A DNA stretch of 64,000 nt. It comes from Bacteroidia bacterium. Its GTDB lineage: Bacteria; Bacteroidota; Bacteroidia; M30B66. Shown here in pieces: positions 1 to 9,673 of the stretch (position 1 is the first letter of the stretch; each line of letters begins with the position of its first letter). Position numbers and translations under genes: made by a program. The stretch spans positions 1,248,001 to 1,312,000 of the forward strand of contig OZ257142.1 in the NCBI GenBank assembly GCA_965279035.1, in the 5' to 3' direction. The notes under the pieces are model-generated. The model made no database searches. It saw only the letters and a list, made by a program, of their open reading frames with translations, and was not told the origin of the DNA.

Positions 1-1
1 A

Positions 2-82
2 TTAGTTCCAGGAATTTATTTTTATACGATCACGGATGGTAAAAAATCAATGACTCGTAAAATGATTGTTTCTCAGAACTAG
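2..82 (+). CDS. 3' end of a T9SS type A sorting-domain protein (partial)
   Basis: Frame 2 reads LVPGIYFYTITDGKKSMTRKMIVSQN*, a typical T9SS CTD ending (GxY...K-x-x-V); followed by a terminator. Confidence 0.75.
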   Translation, partial: LVPGIYFYTITDGKKSMTRKMIVSQN

Positions 83-103
83 TCAATTCATAATGAAATT
101 ATT

Positions 104-138
104 AACCCTGTTAGATTCTATTTCTAACAGGGTTTTTT
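104..138 (+). terminator. Intrinsic terminator
   Basis: AACCCTGTTAGA / TCTAACAGGGTT stem followed by a T-run. Confidence 0.85.
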
Positions 139-178
139 CATCTTTAGAACAAGCACAATTTTCACGCGTTTATTCGCT

Positions 179-1093
179 ATGTCATTTGAAGTAACAATTC
201 TAGGTTGTGGGTCTGCGACTCCTACTCTAACTCGAAATCCAACCGCACAATATGTAAGAATAAATTCTGCTGAATTTCTTATTGATTGCGGTGAAGGCAC
301 TCAACTTCAACTACTTCGGTTTAAATGCAAAGCCAATAAATTAAAAGCCATATTTATTTCTCATTTACATGGCGACCATTTTTTTGGTTTGCCTGGATTA
401 CTTTCTACCATGCATTTGATGGGAAGAAAAAATAAAATCACTATCTATGGCCCTGAACCTTTGAAAGGTATACTGAATCAACTGTTCGAGGCATCAGAAA
501 CAACATTACGTTTCCCAATCGAATTTATTTCTACCCAGTCTGATAAAAAAAATCTTCTGTTAGAAACTCAAACATTTTCTGTTTACTCATTTCCTCTAAA
601 CCACCGAATTCCTTGTACGGGCTTTATTTTTAAGGAAAAAGAGCATCCCCGAAATTTGAGAAGAGATATTATTCAAGAATTGAACATTCCGATTGCTTCG
701 ATGAAATCAATCAAAGCTGGAAACGACTTTATACAGCCAAGTGGTGAAGTAATTTTAAATAGTGAACTTACTTACCCGCTTCAGAAATCATATAGTTATG
801 CCTTTTGTTCTGATACAGCTCCGGATGAGCATATTGTTGAATCCTTAAAAGGAATTGATTGGTTATATCATGAAGCTACATTCCAAAAAGACTTGATTGA
901 TCGTGCAATAGATACCTTTCATAGTACTGCAGAACAAGCAGCACAAATGGCATTGCAATGCGGAGCGAAGACCTTATTGATTGGCCATTATTCGGCTAGA
1001 TATTCTGATATTGAAGAACTAAAACACGAAGCTGAATCGATATTTCCCAACGTAATTGCCGTTGAGGATGGGATGATTTTTACGATAGCATAA
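179..1093 (+). CDS. rnz: Ribonuclease Z
   Basis: ILGCGSATP, DCGEGTQ, SHLHGDH metallo-beta-lactamase motif, SDT, HEATF, HST, GHYSARY. Confidence 0.95.
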   Translation: MSFEVTILGCGSATPTLTRNPTAQYVRINSAEFLIDCGEGTQLQLLRFKCKANKLKAIFISHLHGDHFFGLPGLLSTMHLMGRKNKITIYGPEPLKGILNQLFEASETTLRFPIEFISTQSDKKNLLLETQTFSVYSFPLNHRIPCTGFIFKEKEHPRNLRRDIIQELNIPIASMKSIKAGNDFIQPSGEVILNSELTYPLQKSYSYAFCSDTAPDEHIVESLKGIDWLYHEATFQKDLIDRAIDTFHSTAEQAAQMALQCGAKTLLIGHYSARYSDIEELKHEAESIFPNVIAVEDGMIFTIA

Positions 1094-1162
1094 GAAAAAT
1101 GTAGTTAGAATCGTTCTTATTAAGAAAAAAATGTTAGTATCTTTATCAAAATTGCCATTCAG

Positions 1163-1915
1163 ATGACGATTACAAAAGACCGTATTCTGTTAGATATCGT
1201 AAAAGATAATCCGCTACTTGCTTCTGTAGTAGATCGTTTTGGGATATCTTATTCGAAATGGACTTTGAGTTTAGAAAAAGCATGTGAGATAGATCAGGTC
1301 AATGCAGGATTGCTTTTAGAAATGTTGAAAGCGTTTTCAGAAAATAATTATTTCCCAAAAGACGAACTTCGACAACTTCCTTTAGAATCATTGATTGAGT
1401 ATTTGATTAAAACTCACATCTATTATATTAATTCACGCTTGCCTCGTATTGAACAGTTTATTGATCTTTTAATTGATCATTATGGCAAGTTTGATATGCA
1501 GCTTTATTTACTAAAGGATTATTTTCAAGATTACAAACGCGATATGTATGCACATATTTGCATCGAAGAGCGTGAATTATTCCCATATGTTCTTAAGCTT
1601 ATTCGTAGTGTTGATGATACTGAATTAACGAATGTTGGTTTATTTAACCTACTCGAGAAAAACTCAATTACCAATTTCATCAACGAACATCATCATGTTG
1701 AAGATGATTTAGGTGAAATTCGTAGACGTTTAAATAATTATTCCGAAGCGAATAATCATAAAGTTCAAATCACAACGCTCTTCTATGAATTGCGAATATT
1801 TGAAATTGATTTATTAACGCATAGTAAAGTGGAAGATGAAATATTAATTCCACGTGCTCAAGAAATTGAAAATCTTCTCAAGAAAAAAATGCTGCATAAA
1901 GCAATCTTGAGTTAA
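1163..1915 (+). CDS. Hemerythrin-like / RIC (ScdA/YtfE)-family di-iron protein
   Basis: N-terminal RFGI...SLEKAC (ScdA_N-like); metal-ligand pattern THIYY, HICIEE, EHHHVE, HSKVED. Confidence 0.75.
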   Translation: MTITKDRILLDIVKDNPLLASVVDRFGISYSKWTLSLEKACEIDQVNAGLLLEMLKAFSENNYFPKDELRQLPLESLIEYLIKTHIYYINSRLPRIEQFIDLLIDHYGKFDMQLYLLKDYFQDYKRDMYAHICIEERELFPYVLKLIRSVDDTELTNVGLFNLLEKNSITNFINEHHHVEDDLGEIRRRLNNYSEANNHKVQITTLFYELRIFEIDLLTHSKVEDEILIPRAQEIENLLKKKMLHKAILS

Positions 1916-1924
1916 TTCAGTCAC

Positions 1925-2827
1925 TTAGTTTCTTAAATAGTTGCGAATAATTTCGTTTTCATCGCTTAGGGGATGAACCCAGTTTGCTTTTATTTTATTA
2001 TTGATCCAAGTAATTTGTCTTTTAGCATAACGTCGTGTATTCTGACGGATTAATTCTATAGCTTTTTCATAAGGAATATCTCCATCGATGTAACTAAATA
2101 GCTCCTTATAACCAACTGTTTGCAGGGCATTTAGTTTTCGAAATGGAACTAAAGACTTAGTTTCATCTAGCCAACCTTTGTCAAGCATTACCTGCGTTCG
2201 TTTATTGATATTACTATATAATTCTTCTCTGGGTAGATCAGTTGCCAAGTAAATTGTATCAAAAGAGCGCTCTGGATTTTTTCTTTGTCGAAGCGAAGTA
2301 TACGTTTTCCCGCTACTACGAATAAGTTCTAGTGCTCTAATTAAACGTTGAGGGTTTTGAAGATCTACCTGTGAAGCATACTCTGGATCTTTCTCGATAA
2401 GTTCTTTCTGAAGCAACTCTATCCCAGAAAATTGAAGTTGTTCCTCGATTTCTTCTCTAATTCCAGCTTGAATTTCTGGAAGTTCATCCAAACCATTGAT
2501 TAAAGCATCGATGTATAAACCTGTGCCACCACAAACAATTTGAACTGGATTTTCACAGAAAAGGGTTTCAAGGATTTTGAGTGATTCCTTCTCGAAAATT
2601 CCTGCATTGAACGGTTCATAAATATGCTTGTTCCCAATAAAATAATGGGGTGCCAAATTCAATTGATCTTCATCTGGCGCAGCACTTCCAATCTTTAGTT
2701 CCTTAAATACTTGCCTCGAATCGGCCGATATGATAGAACATTTTAATTGACGAGCAAGTCGAATACTTAAATCCGTTTTGCCTGATCCTGTTGGACCAGT
2801 TACAACCAGTATGACCGGTTTTTTCAT
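1925..2827 (-). CDS. miaA: tRNA dimethylallyltransferase
   Basis: GPTGSGKT P-loop, ISADSRQV, GGTGLY, TRRYAKRQITW. Confidence 0.96.
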   Translation of the reverse strand: MKKPVILVVTGPTGSGKTDLSIRLARQLKCSIISADSRQVFKELKIGSAAPDEDQLNLAPHYFIGNKHIYEPFNAGIFEKESLKILETLFCENPVQIVCGGTGLYIDALINGLDELPEIQAGIREEIEEQLQFSGIELLQKELIEKDPEYASQVDLQNPQRLIRALELIRSSGKTYTSLRQRKNPERSFDTIYLATDLPREELYSNINKRTQVMLDKGWLDETKSLVPFRKLNALQTVGYKELFSYIDGDIPYEKAIELIRQNTRRYAKRQITWINNKIKANWVHPLSDENEIIRNYLRN

Positions 2828-2831
2828 TTAA

Positions 2832-3605
2832 TCATTCATCGAAATCTCCACCACCGCCACCATATCCGCCACCGCTTCCATATTCATCTTCTTCACCACC
2901 TTCAGATCCAAATTCATCTTCATCATCTCCTCCACCAAAAGCATCTGCTTGACTATCGTTTTCATCAACCTCCGTTGTATTATTAAACTCTTCAGCAAGC
3001 TTAGCAATCTCATTATCGGTTTCTAAATCTTCTTCACTTAAGCCTATTTCTTCGGATTCAATTTCATCTGGTTCTTCTTCATCATCAACAGCTCCAGCTA
3101 AGGCCATCAACAATAAATCATCATCCTCTTCATCCACTTTCACTTTAGGTTTCCTGCCTCTTCCATCTTCTAATGGACGCTCTCTGGTTGGAATGATTAG
3201 AGTTTCCTTGTATTGAACTGGTGGAACTCCTACTGTACTTGCAACTTTAGGATAAACTGCTTTGTATTCTGGAGAACTCATAATCTTGATCAATTCAATA
3301 TTGAACGACCATTTAACTTCTTTGTCATAAACAAAAAGGAACTTTTGATGTGGATCATCAATATGATCAACTAAATCCACTTTTTTCATCAAAGTCATTT
3401 CAGATCCGCTGATAGTTCCTATCGACTCTCCTTTTCGCCAATTATGATCTGCTAGAAAAAATTCACCTTCATGAATAGTATCAAAACCAATCGACTTCAA
3501 TATCTCCAAAAAGAAATCAGCAAAACTGTGATCTACTTGTAAATCAATATCACGGTGGATGTCATCATAATCATCAAATGTGACGCGGAAACGGAGTATG
3601 CTCAT
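2832..3605 (-). CDS. pRiA4b ORF-3 / TnpR-like family protein with long acidic tail
   Basis: N-domain LRFRVTFD..RDI...IGFD...KFLFVYD...WSFNIELI; D/E/G-rich C-terminal ~100 aa; lies between cca and miaA. Confidence 0.65.
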   Translation of the reverse strand: MSILRFRVTFDDYDDIHRDIDLQVDHSFADFFLEILKSIGFDTIHEGEFFLADHNWRKGESIGTISGSEMTLMKKVDLVDHIDDPHQKFLFVYDKEVKWSFNIELIKIMSSPEYKAVYPKVASTVGVPPVQYKETLIIPTRERPLEDGRGRKPKVKVDEEDDDLLLMALAGAVDDEEEPDEIESEEIGLSEEDLETDNEIAKLAEEFNNTTEVDENDSQADAFGGGDDEDEFGSEGGEEDEYGSGGGYGGGGGDFDE

Positions 3606-3611
3606 ACGTAT

Positions 3612-5051
3612 TTATTCAATTTCAGAGATAGATTTTTTGAGAAGCGTTTTGGGTGTTAAGCCGAGTTTCGCTCCTTCATTCAACATAAACTGGTAAGCAT
3701 CTGCAAATCTATTTTGAATTTCTCCTTCTAAAACAGCTTCTCTTATTGCATTTTTAATTTGTCCAATTGCAATACCAGGGCTTATTCCAAAGGTTTCCAT
3801 AATATCTTTTCCGCTTACGGGTGGCTGCCAATTTCGAAGTCGGTCTTTTTCTTCTATCTCAAGGAGTTTTTGCTTGACGATTTCAAAGTTAGCCAAATAC
3901 CGCTTCACCTTCTCTTTGTTCTTGGATGTTATATCGGCTTGACAAAGAATCATCAAATCATCAATCTCATCACCCGCTTCAAATAAAAGTCGACGAACAG
4001 CCGAGTCGGTTACAGTTTCTTTGCTCAGTACGATGGGGCGTAAATGAAGTTGCACCAGTTTCTGAACATATTTCATTTTTTCATTCTGAGGAAGTTTCAG
4101 ATTCTTGAAAATATGAGGAACCATTCGGGCACCTTTATCTTCATGTCCATGAAACGTCCAACCATGTTCAGGTTCAAATCGTTTGGTAGCAGGTTTTGCA
4201 ATATCATGCAAGATAGCCGACCAGCGTAACCATAAATTTTCAGTGTGTAAACTGATATTATCTAATACCTGAAGTGTATGGTAAAAATTGTCCTTATGCG
4301 CTTTCCCTTTAATAACATCCACACCATAAAGTGCCGACATTTCAGGGAAAATAATGGATAATAAACCTGTGTCGAATAAATGTTTAAAGCCAATTGAGGG
4401 CACAGGTGATAAAACAATTTTATTAAGCTCTTCGGAGATACGTTCCTTTGAAACAATTCGAATTCGTTCTTTATTTCGGGCTATAGACGCAAGAGATTCT
4501 GCCTCAATTTGAAATCCCAATTGAGACGAAAATCGAATGGCTCTCATCATCCTTAATGGATCGTCGCTATACGTTTGATCAGGTGCTAAAGGCGTTCTTA
4601 AGATTCCATTCCGAAGATCGTCTAAGCCATGAAATGGATCAATCACTTCATTGCTATTCGAATGAAGTGCTATTGCCAATGCATTGATTGTAAAATCGCG
4701 ACGTTCCTGATCTTCTCCAATTGTCCCATCTTCAACAACGGGTTTTCTGGAATCTTTTCGGTAAGATTCTTTACGAGCCCCAACAAACTCCAACTCCAAA
4801 TCATCCAAATGGATCATTGCGGTACCGAAGTTTTTATAGATGTTCACATGAGCGCCTTTTCCAATTTTGGATGCAACTTTCTTGGCTAGTTCAATCCCAC
4901 TTCCTTCAACTACAATATCAATGTCTTTACATGGACGCCCTAATAATTCATCTCTCACAAATCCACCAATGACAAATGCACGAACATTTAATTCCGCAAC
5001 CGAATTTCGGAGCAATTCAAACACAGGGCCGGTAAGGTCTATTGTCGCCAA
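3612..5051 (-). CDS. cca: CCA tRNA nucleotidyltransferase with HD domain
   Basis: VIGGFVRD, DIDIV, RRDFTINA, DDPLRMMRAIRF, LHDIAK. Confidence 0.93.
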   Translation of the reverse strand: MATIDLTGPVFELLRNSVAELNVRAFVIGGFVRDELLGRPCKDIDIVVEGSGIELAKKVASKIGKGAHVNIYKNFGTAMIHLDDLELEFVGARKESYRKDSRKPVVEDGTIGEDQERRDFTINALAIALHSNSNEVIDPFHGLDDLRNGILRTPLAPDQTYSDDPLRMMRAIRFSSQLGFQIEAESLASIARNKERIRIVSKERISEELNKIVLSPVPSIGFKHLFDTGLLSIIFPEMSALYGVDVIKGKAHKDNFYHTLQVLDNISLHTENLWLRWSAILHDIAKPATKRFEPEHGWTFHGHEDKGARMVPHIFKNLKLPQNEKMKYVQKLVQLHLRPIVLSKETVTDSAVRRLLFEAGDEIDDLMILCQADITSKNKEKVKRYLANFEIVKQKLLEIEEKDRLRNWQPPVSGKDIMETFGISPGIAIGQIKNAIREAVLEGEIQNRFADAYQFMLNEGAKLGLTPKTLLKKSISEIE

Positions 5052-5090
5052 AGCGGGCGCAAATTAGGATTTTTATCCCGTTTCTCTTGC

Positions 5091-6056
5091 TCAGTTTCCA
5101 AGCACTTTTACGGAAAGTATCCCCTCGGCACATTTAAAATGACCTTTCGGACATGCTTTAAATCCATGCAATCCACATGGTCGGCATGGGAGATTTTCTT
5201 CTGTTTGAATAATAGTAGAATCGGTCGATAAAGGACCAAAGCCAAACGATAGTACTGTGCTACAGAATATTACAGTTACTGGTGCATCAACTGCAGAACA
5301 GATATGCATTGGAGCAGAATCATTCACATAATTCATTTTTGCCCCTTTCATGAATGCAGCCGATTCGAGCAGACCGAATTTGCCACATACATTGTAAATG
5401 TTTGTTCGATTTATCTTTTCAAGAATCCGATCACATAATTCGACATCACCTGGACCACCAATCAAATAAATAGCAGTTTCTTTTGGTAGTAAATGGATCA
5501 ACTCAACCCATTTATGTTCTGGCCATTGTTTCGTAAACCAAACCGATGCAGGAGCAATGCATACATACGGTTTCTCAGATTGAAAATCGAGTGGAGGAGG
5601 ATAAAGTTTAGGCTTTGGAATGCCTTGAATATTCAAATGTTCAATCAATTTTAAATTTCGTTCGCATTCGTGTAAACCATTGCTAATGGCATGCTTCACT
5701 TTATATTTAAAAAGAAAAGCAAAAGGGTTTTTATCAAATCCAACGGTCGATTTAGCACCTGAAAATCCAGTAAGAAATCCTGATGCAGCAAAGCGTTGAC
5801 AATTAATTACCAAGTCGTATTTCTGTCTTCGAATAGCAATTAAAAGCAGCAATAAGTTTTTGTATTTACTTCCTACTTTGTCCCAAACAAAAACGGTTTT
5901 TAAAAATGGATGTCGGTTGAAAAGTGCTTGATTTCCTTTTCGAACAACCATATCCAATCGAGCATCAGGATATGTAGCATGCAATGCTTCCAGAATTGGA
6001 GTTGCTAATATCACATCACCAATAAAAGCCGTTTGAATTATGAGGATCTTTTTCAA
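5091..6056 (-). CDS. Glycosyltransferase family 9 (heptosyltransferase-like)
   Basis: IQTAFIGDVILATP, KQWP, NDSAPMH, C-terminal CRPC..HG...CP...C. Confidence 0.9.
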   Translation of the reverse strand: MKKILIIQTAFIGDVILATPILEALHATYPDARLDMVVRKGNQALFNRHPFLKTVFVWDKVGSKYKNLLLLLIAIRRQKYDLVINCQRFAASGFLTGFSGAKSTVGFDKNPFAFLFKYKVKHAISNGLHECERNLKLIEHLNIQGIPKPKLYPPPLDFQSEKPYVCIAPASVWFTKQWPEHKWVELIHLLPKETAIYLIGGPGDVELCDRILEKINRTNIYNVCGKFGLLESAAFMKGAKMNYVNDSAPMHICSAVDAPVTVIFCSTVLSFGFGPLSTDSTIIQTEENLPCRPCGLHGFKACPKGHFKCAEGILSVKVLGN

Positions 6057-6068
6057 TCGAAAATAAAA

Positions 6069-6875
6069 TTAAACAGCTATATGATGTTCTCTTAATGCAT
6101 CATTCAATGAAGTCTTTAAGTCGGTTGAAGCTTTTCTTTTTCCAATAATTAAAGCACAAGGAACTTGAAATTCACCTGCAGGAAATTGTTTGGTATACGA
6201 TCCCGGAATGACTACTGAACGAGCAGGTACTTTTCCTTTATATTCGATCGGTTTATCACCCGAAACATCAATGATTTTAGTGCTTTGAGTTATGACAACG
6301 TTAGCACCTAAAACGGCTTCTTTTTCAACGTGAACACCTTCAACCACAATACAACGAGAGCCAATAAAACAACCATCTTCAATGATTACTGGACTAGCTT
6401 GAACCGGTTCTAAAACACCTCCAATTCCAACGCCTCCACTAAGATGGACATGCTTTCCAATTTGAGCACAAGAACCAACAGTTGCCCAAGTATCGACCAT
6501 CGTTCCTTCATCTACATAAGCACCTATATTTACATACGAAGGCATGAGTATCGTTCCTGAAGCCAAATAACTTCCGTATCGCGCAACAGCATGAGGAACA
6601 ACACGAACACCCAAAGCAGCATATCCAGTTTTGAGTTGCATTTTATCGTGAAATTCAAATGGACCGAGTTCAATGGTTTTCATTTGTTGAATTGGGAAAT
6701 ACAAAATCACCGCTTTCTTAACCCATTCATTCACAATCCAAGTTTCCCCATTCGGTTCAGCAACACGAATTCTTCCTTTATCAATTTCTTCGATCACTTG
6801 ACGGATCACTTTCTGAACCGATGTGTCTTTTAATAATTCCCTGTTTCCCCAGGCTTCTTCTATGATTGCTTGCAT
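6069..6875 (-). CDS. dapD: Tetrahydrodipicolinate N-succinyltransferase
   Basis: WVKKAVILYF, MPSYVNIGAYVD, VHLSGGVGIGGVLEP, hexapeptide repeats. Confidence 0.96.
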   Translation of the reverse strand: MQAIIEEAWGNRELLKDTSVQKVIRQVIEEIDKGRIRVAEPNGETWIVNEWVKKAVILYFPIQQMKTIELGPFEFHDKMQLKTGYAALGVRVVPHAVARYGSYLASGTILMPSYVNIGAYVDEGTMVDTWATVGSCAQIGKHVHLSGGVGIGGVLEPVQASPVIIEDGCFIGSRCIVVEGVHVEKEAVLGANVVITQSTKIIDVSGDKPIEYKGKVPARSVVIPGSYTKQFPAGEFQVPCALIIGKRKASTDLKTSLNDALREHHIAV

Positions 6876-6998
6876 AACGCGGCTAAGATACTCGATTGAA
6901 TCTACCTCGATTTAGTGCTCAATGAAATTTGTTAAAATTTTTCTGAATTGAACATTTTATCCATTACTCGATTTTCTTTCTTGCTCAAGAACATCCGC

Positions 6999-7006
6999 TA
7001 TATTCG
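6999..7006 (+). promoter_or_regulatory. Bacteroidota -7 element variant (TATATTCG)
   Basis: One mismatch to TAnnTTTG; ends 4 nt before ATG 7011. Confidence 0.5.
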
Positions 7007-7010
7007 CCCC

Positions 7011-8249
7011 ATGATTCACTATTCACGCTTTACTCTAAAAAATGGATTGAAAGTCATTGTGCATGAAGATGCTTCTACACCTTTGGCTTGTATTAATATT
7101 TTGTATGATGTTGGTGCACGAGATGAAAATCCTGAACAGACAGGCTTTGCGCATCTTTTTGAACATTTGATGTTTGGTGGCTCGATCAATATTCCAAGTT
7201 ACGATACACCTTTACAAGAGGCCGGAGGCGAAAACAATGCATTCACCAATAATGATATCACAAATTATTATTTAACACTTCCTGCTCAAAACCTCGAAAC
7301 TGGCTTTTGGTTGGAATCAGATCGTATGCTCAGTTTGGCATTTTCCGATAAAAGTTTGGAAGTGCAGCGAAGTGTCGTTATTGAAGAATTCAAACAACGT
7401 TATTTGAATCAACCCTATGGGGATGAATGGTTGTTGATTCGTCCGCTTGCCTATCATGTTCATCCGTATCGTTGGGCAACAATTGGTAAGGAAATAAAGC
7501 ACATCGAAGATGCTAAAATGGAAGATGTTCGGGCATTTTTCAATCGTTTCTATTTGCCTTCCAATGCCATTATGGTGGTAGCTGGTGATGTAAAATATGA
7601 TGATGTAAAACGACTTGCTGAAAAATGGTTTGAACCAATTCCTTCAGGCCAAAAGCCCATACGTTTAATTCCTGCCGAACCCAAACAAAGTTCTCCTCGA
7701 AGAGAAACTGTATACAGAGATGTGCCTTCTGATTCGATTCACAAAGTGTATCATATGGCAGCTCGCATGGATCCAGAATATCATGCACAAGACTTACTTT
7801 CGGATGTGCTTGGACGTGGACAATCATCTCGTTTATTTAATGCATTGGTAAAGGATCGTCAATTATTCACCGAAATTTCGGCGCATGTAAGTGGCAGTTT
7901 CGATAAAGGACTTTTCGTTATCAATGGACGATTACGAAATGGCGTTTCTCCCGAAGAAGCAGAATCAGGAATTCAACAAGAAATTGATCGAATTCTAATA
8001 GAAGGAATCTCGGAAAATGAACTCACCAAAGTGAAAAACAAAGCAGAAAGCACTCATGTTTTTGGTGAAGTAAGTGTGCTCAATAAAGCCATGAATTTAG
8101 CTTTTGGTGAATTGTTGGGTGATATTGAAATGATCAATACTGAAATTTCAAAATTGCAAGCAGTTACTTCCGAAGCTGTTTTGAATGAAGCTAAAAAAAT
8201 CCTTACCGAAGAAAATTGTTCTACACTTTACTACCTGCGAAATCAATGA
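7011..8249 (+). CDS. M16 (pitrilysin) family zinc peptidase, catalytic subunit
   Basis: GFAHLFEHLMF (HxxEH), NAFT; start moved from TTG 6948 to ATG 7011. Confidence 0.92.
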   Translation: MIHYSRFTLKNGLKVIVHEDASTPLACINILYDVGARDENPEQTGFAHLFEHLMFGGSINIPSYDTPLQEAGGENNAFTNNDITNYYLTLPAQNLETGFWLESDRMLSLAFSDKSLEVQRSVVIEEFKQRYLNQPYGDEWLLIRPLAYHVHPYRWATIGKEIKHIEDAKMEDVRAFFNRFYLPSNAIMVVAGDVKYDDVKRLAEKWFEPIPSGQKPIRLIPAEPKQSSPRRETVYRDVPSDSIHKVYHMAARMDPEYHAQDLLSDVLGRGQSSRLFNALVKDRQLFTEISAHVSGSFDKGLFVINGRLRNGVSPEEAESGIQQEIDRILIEGISENELTKVKNKAESTHVFGEVSVLNKAMNLAFGELLGDIEMINTEISKLQAVTSEAVLNEAKKILTEENCSTLYYLRNQ

Positions 8250-9529
8250 ATCAACTAGATCGTCAAACAGCACCTGCTATTTTCCCTGTTGATTCTGTGA
8301 ATCCGCAAATGCCTGAGCAATTCACGCTTTCCAATGGGATTGAAGTATATAGTCTTTCCGCTGGATCGCAGGAAGTGATCAAAGTGGAACTCGTTTTTTC
8401 TGCAGGAACTTCTCGTCACGAAAATCCACTTCTACCTTCGTTTACAACCTCCATGTTGCAAGAAGGAACTTCGAAACGTTCTGCTTCACAAATTGCCTCT
8501 GCGATTGATGATTACGGTGCATTTTTAGAACTCGATATCGACAAGGATTTTTCGGGTATCACCTTATATTCCTTGAACAAATACCTCGGACAAACACTTC
8601 CTGTAATTCAAGATTTGCTTATCGATGCACAGTTTCCAGAAAATGAATGGGAAATTTTGAGAGCCAATCGATTGCAGAAATACTCTGTAAATCTTGGCAA
8701 AGTGGGTTTTGTTGCTGGTAAACGATTTCAAGAATTATTATTCAATGGAACAGCGTATGGGACTTCATTCGATGAAGAAACGTATAAAGCATTAAAGAAA
8801 GAAGACTTACAGCGATTCTATCAATTGCATTATGCTCCTAAAGCAGCCAAACTATTTCTCAGTGGAAAGATTGAAGAAAATGTTAAATCACTGATCGAAT
8901 CTACATTTGGGAATTTACCTGGAAATGGGAATTTTCAACAGGCTTTAAGCATTGAAAAAAGTCATCGTTTAGAAGATCAGAAACAATTTATTTATAAGGA
9001 AGACGCAATACAATCAGCCATTCGAATTGGACGAAGATTATTTGCTAAAAATCATCCCGATTATTTCGGAATGAAGGTTCTTTCAACCATTCTTGGTGGA
9101 TATTTTGGATCACGATTGATGACGAACATTCGTGAAGATAAGGGCTATACCTATGGCATTGGTGCTGGTTCGGTAGCTTATCGATCGGATGGATATTTTT
9201 ACATCAGTACCGAAGTTGGAGCCGATGTTTGTGCCGATGCTTTGATAGAAATATACAAGGAAATTGACATTTTGAGGAATGAACTGGTTTCTACAGAGGA
9301 ATTGGAATTAGTGAAAAGTTATTTGCTTGGTTCGTTATTGAAGAGTTTCGAAGGACCTTTTGAACGAATGGATCGTTTTAAAAACGTATTTCTATTTGAT
9401 GGTGGCGATCTCTATTTTCAACGTTATACTGAAGAAATTCGTGGTATAACACCAGAGCGATTACTACAATTAGCACAAACTTGGCTTCGAGAAGAAGATT
9501 TAATTGAACTGGTTGTTGGAAAGAAATGA
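8246..9529 (+). CDS. M16 family peptidase, non-catalytic partner subunit
   Basis: No HxxEH; SRLMTNIREDKGYTYG R/Y motif; ATGA overlap with the upstream stop (start moved from 8216). Confidence 0.88.
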   Translation: MNQLDRQTAPAIFPVDSVNPQMPEQFTLSNGIEVYSLSAGSQEVIKVELVFSAGTSRHENPLLPSFTTSMLQEGTSKRSASQIASAIDDYGAFLELDIDKDFSGITLYSLNKYLGQTLPVIQDLLIDAQFPENEWEILRANRLQKYSVNLGKVGFVAGKRFQELLFNGTAYGTSFDEETYKALKKEDLQRFYQLHYAPKAAKLFLSGKIEENVKSLIESTFGNLPGNGNFQQALSIEKSHRLEDQKQFIYKEDAIQSAIRIGRRLFAKNHPDYFGMKVLSTILGGYFGSRLMTNIREDKGYTYGIGAGSVAYRSDGYFYISTEVGADVCADALIEIYKEIDILRNELVSTEELELVKSYLLGSLLKSFEGPFERMDRFKNVFLFDGGDLYFQRYTEEIRGITPERLLQLAQTWLREEDLIELVVGKK

Positions 9530-9628
9530 ATTCTAGAGCAAGCGATCGATTTAATTTCAAGTTGAAACCATCTTCTTGAATGGAAAAAATCTGCTCAAGA
9601 ATCCCATTTAATCAACTCTAAAAATTCC

Positions 9629-9636
9629 TACATTTG
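9629..9636 (+). promoter_or_regulatory. -7 promoter element (TACATTTG) of guaB
   Basis: Exact TAnnTTTG upstream of the guaB ATG. Confidence 0.65.
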
Positions 9637-9673
9637 CGCGCAATTCGGGACTAAGCCCGTATACCCGGTTGCC

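Noticed and set aside
2832-3605. Mobile element implied by the TnpR / pRiA4b family name
   Set aside because: No transposase, terminal repeats or target duplication; embedded in the cca-miaA operon
7011-9529. Second M16 gene as a pseudogene
   Set aside because: Intact ORF; an active plus inactive M16B heterodimer is an established arrangement
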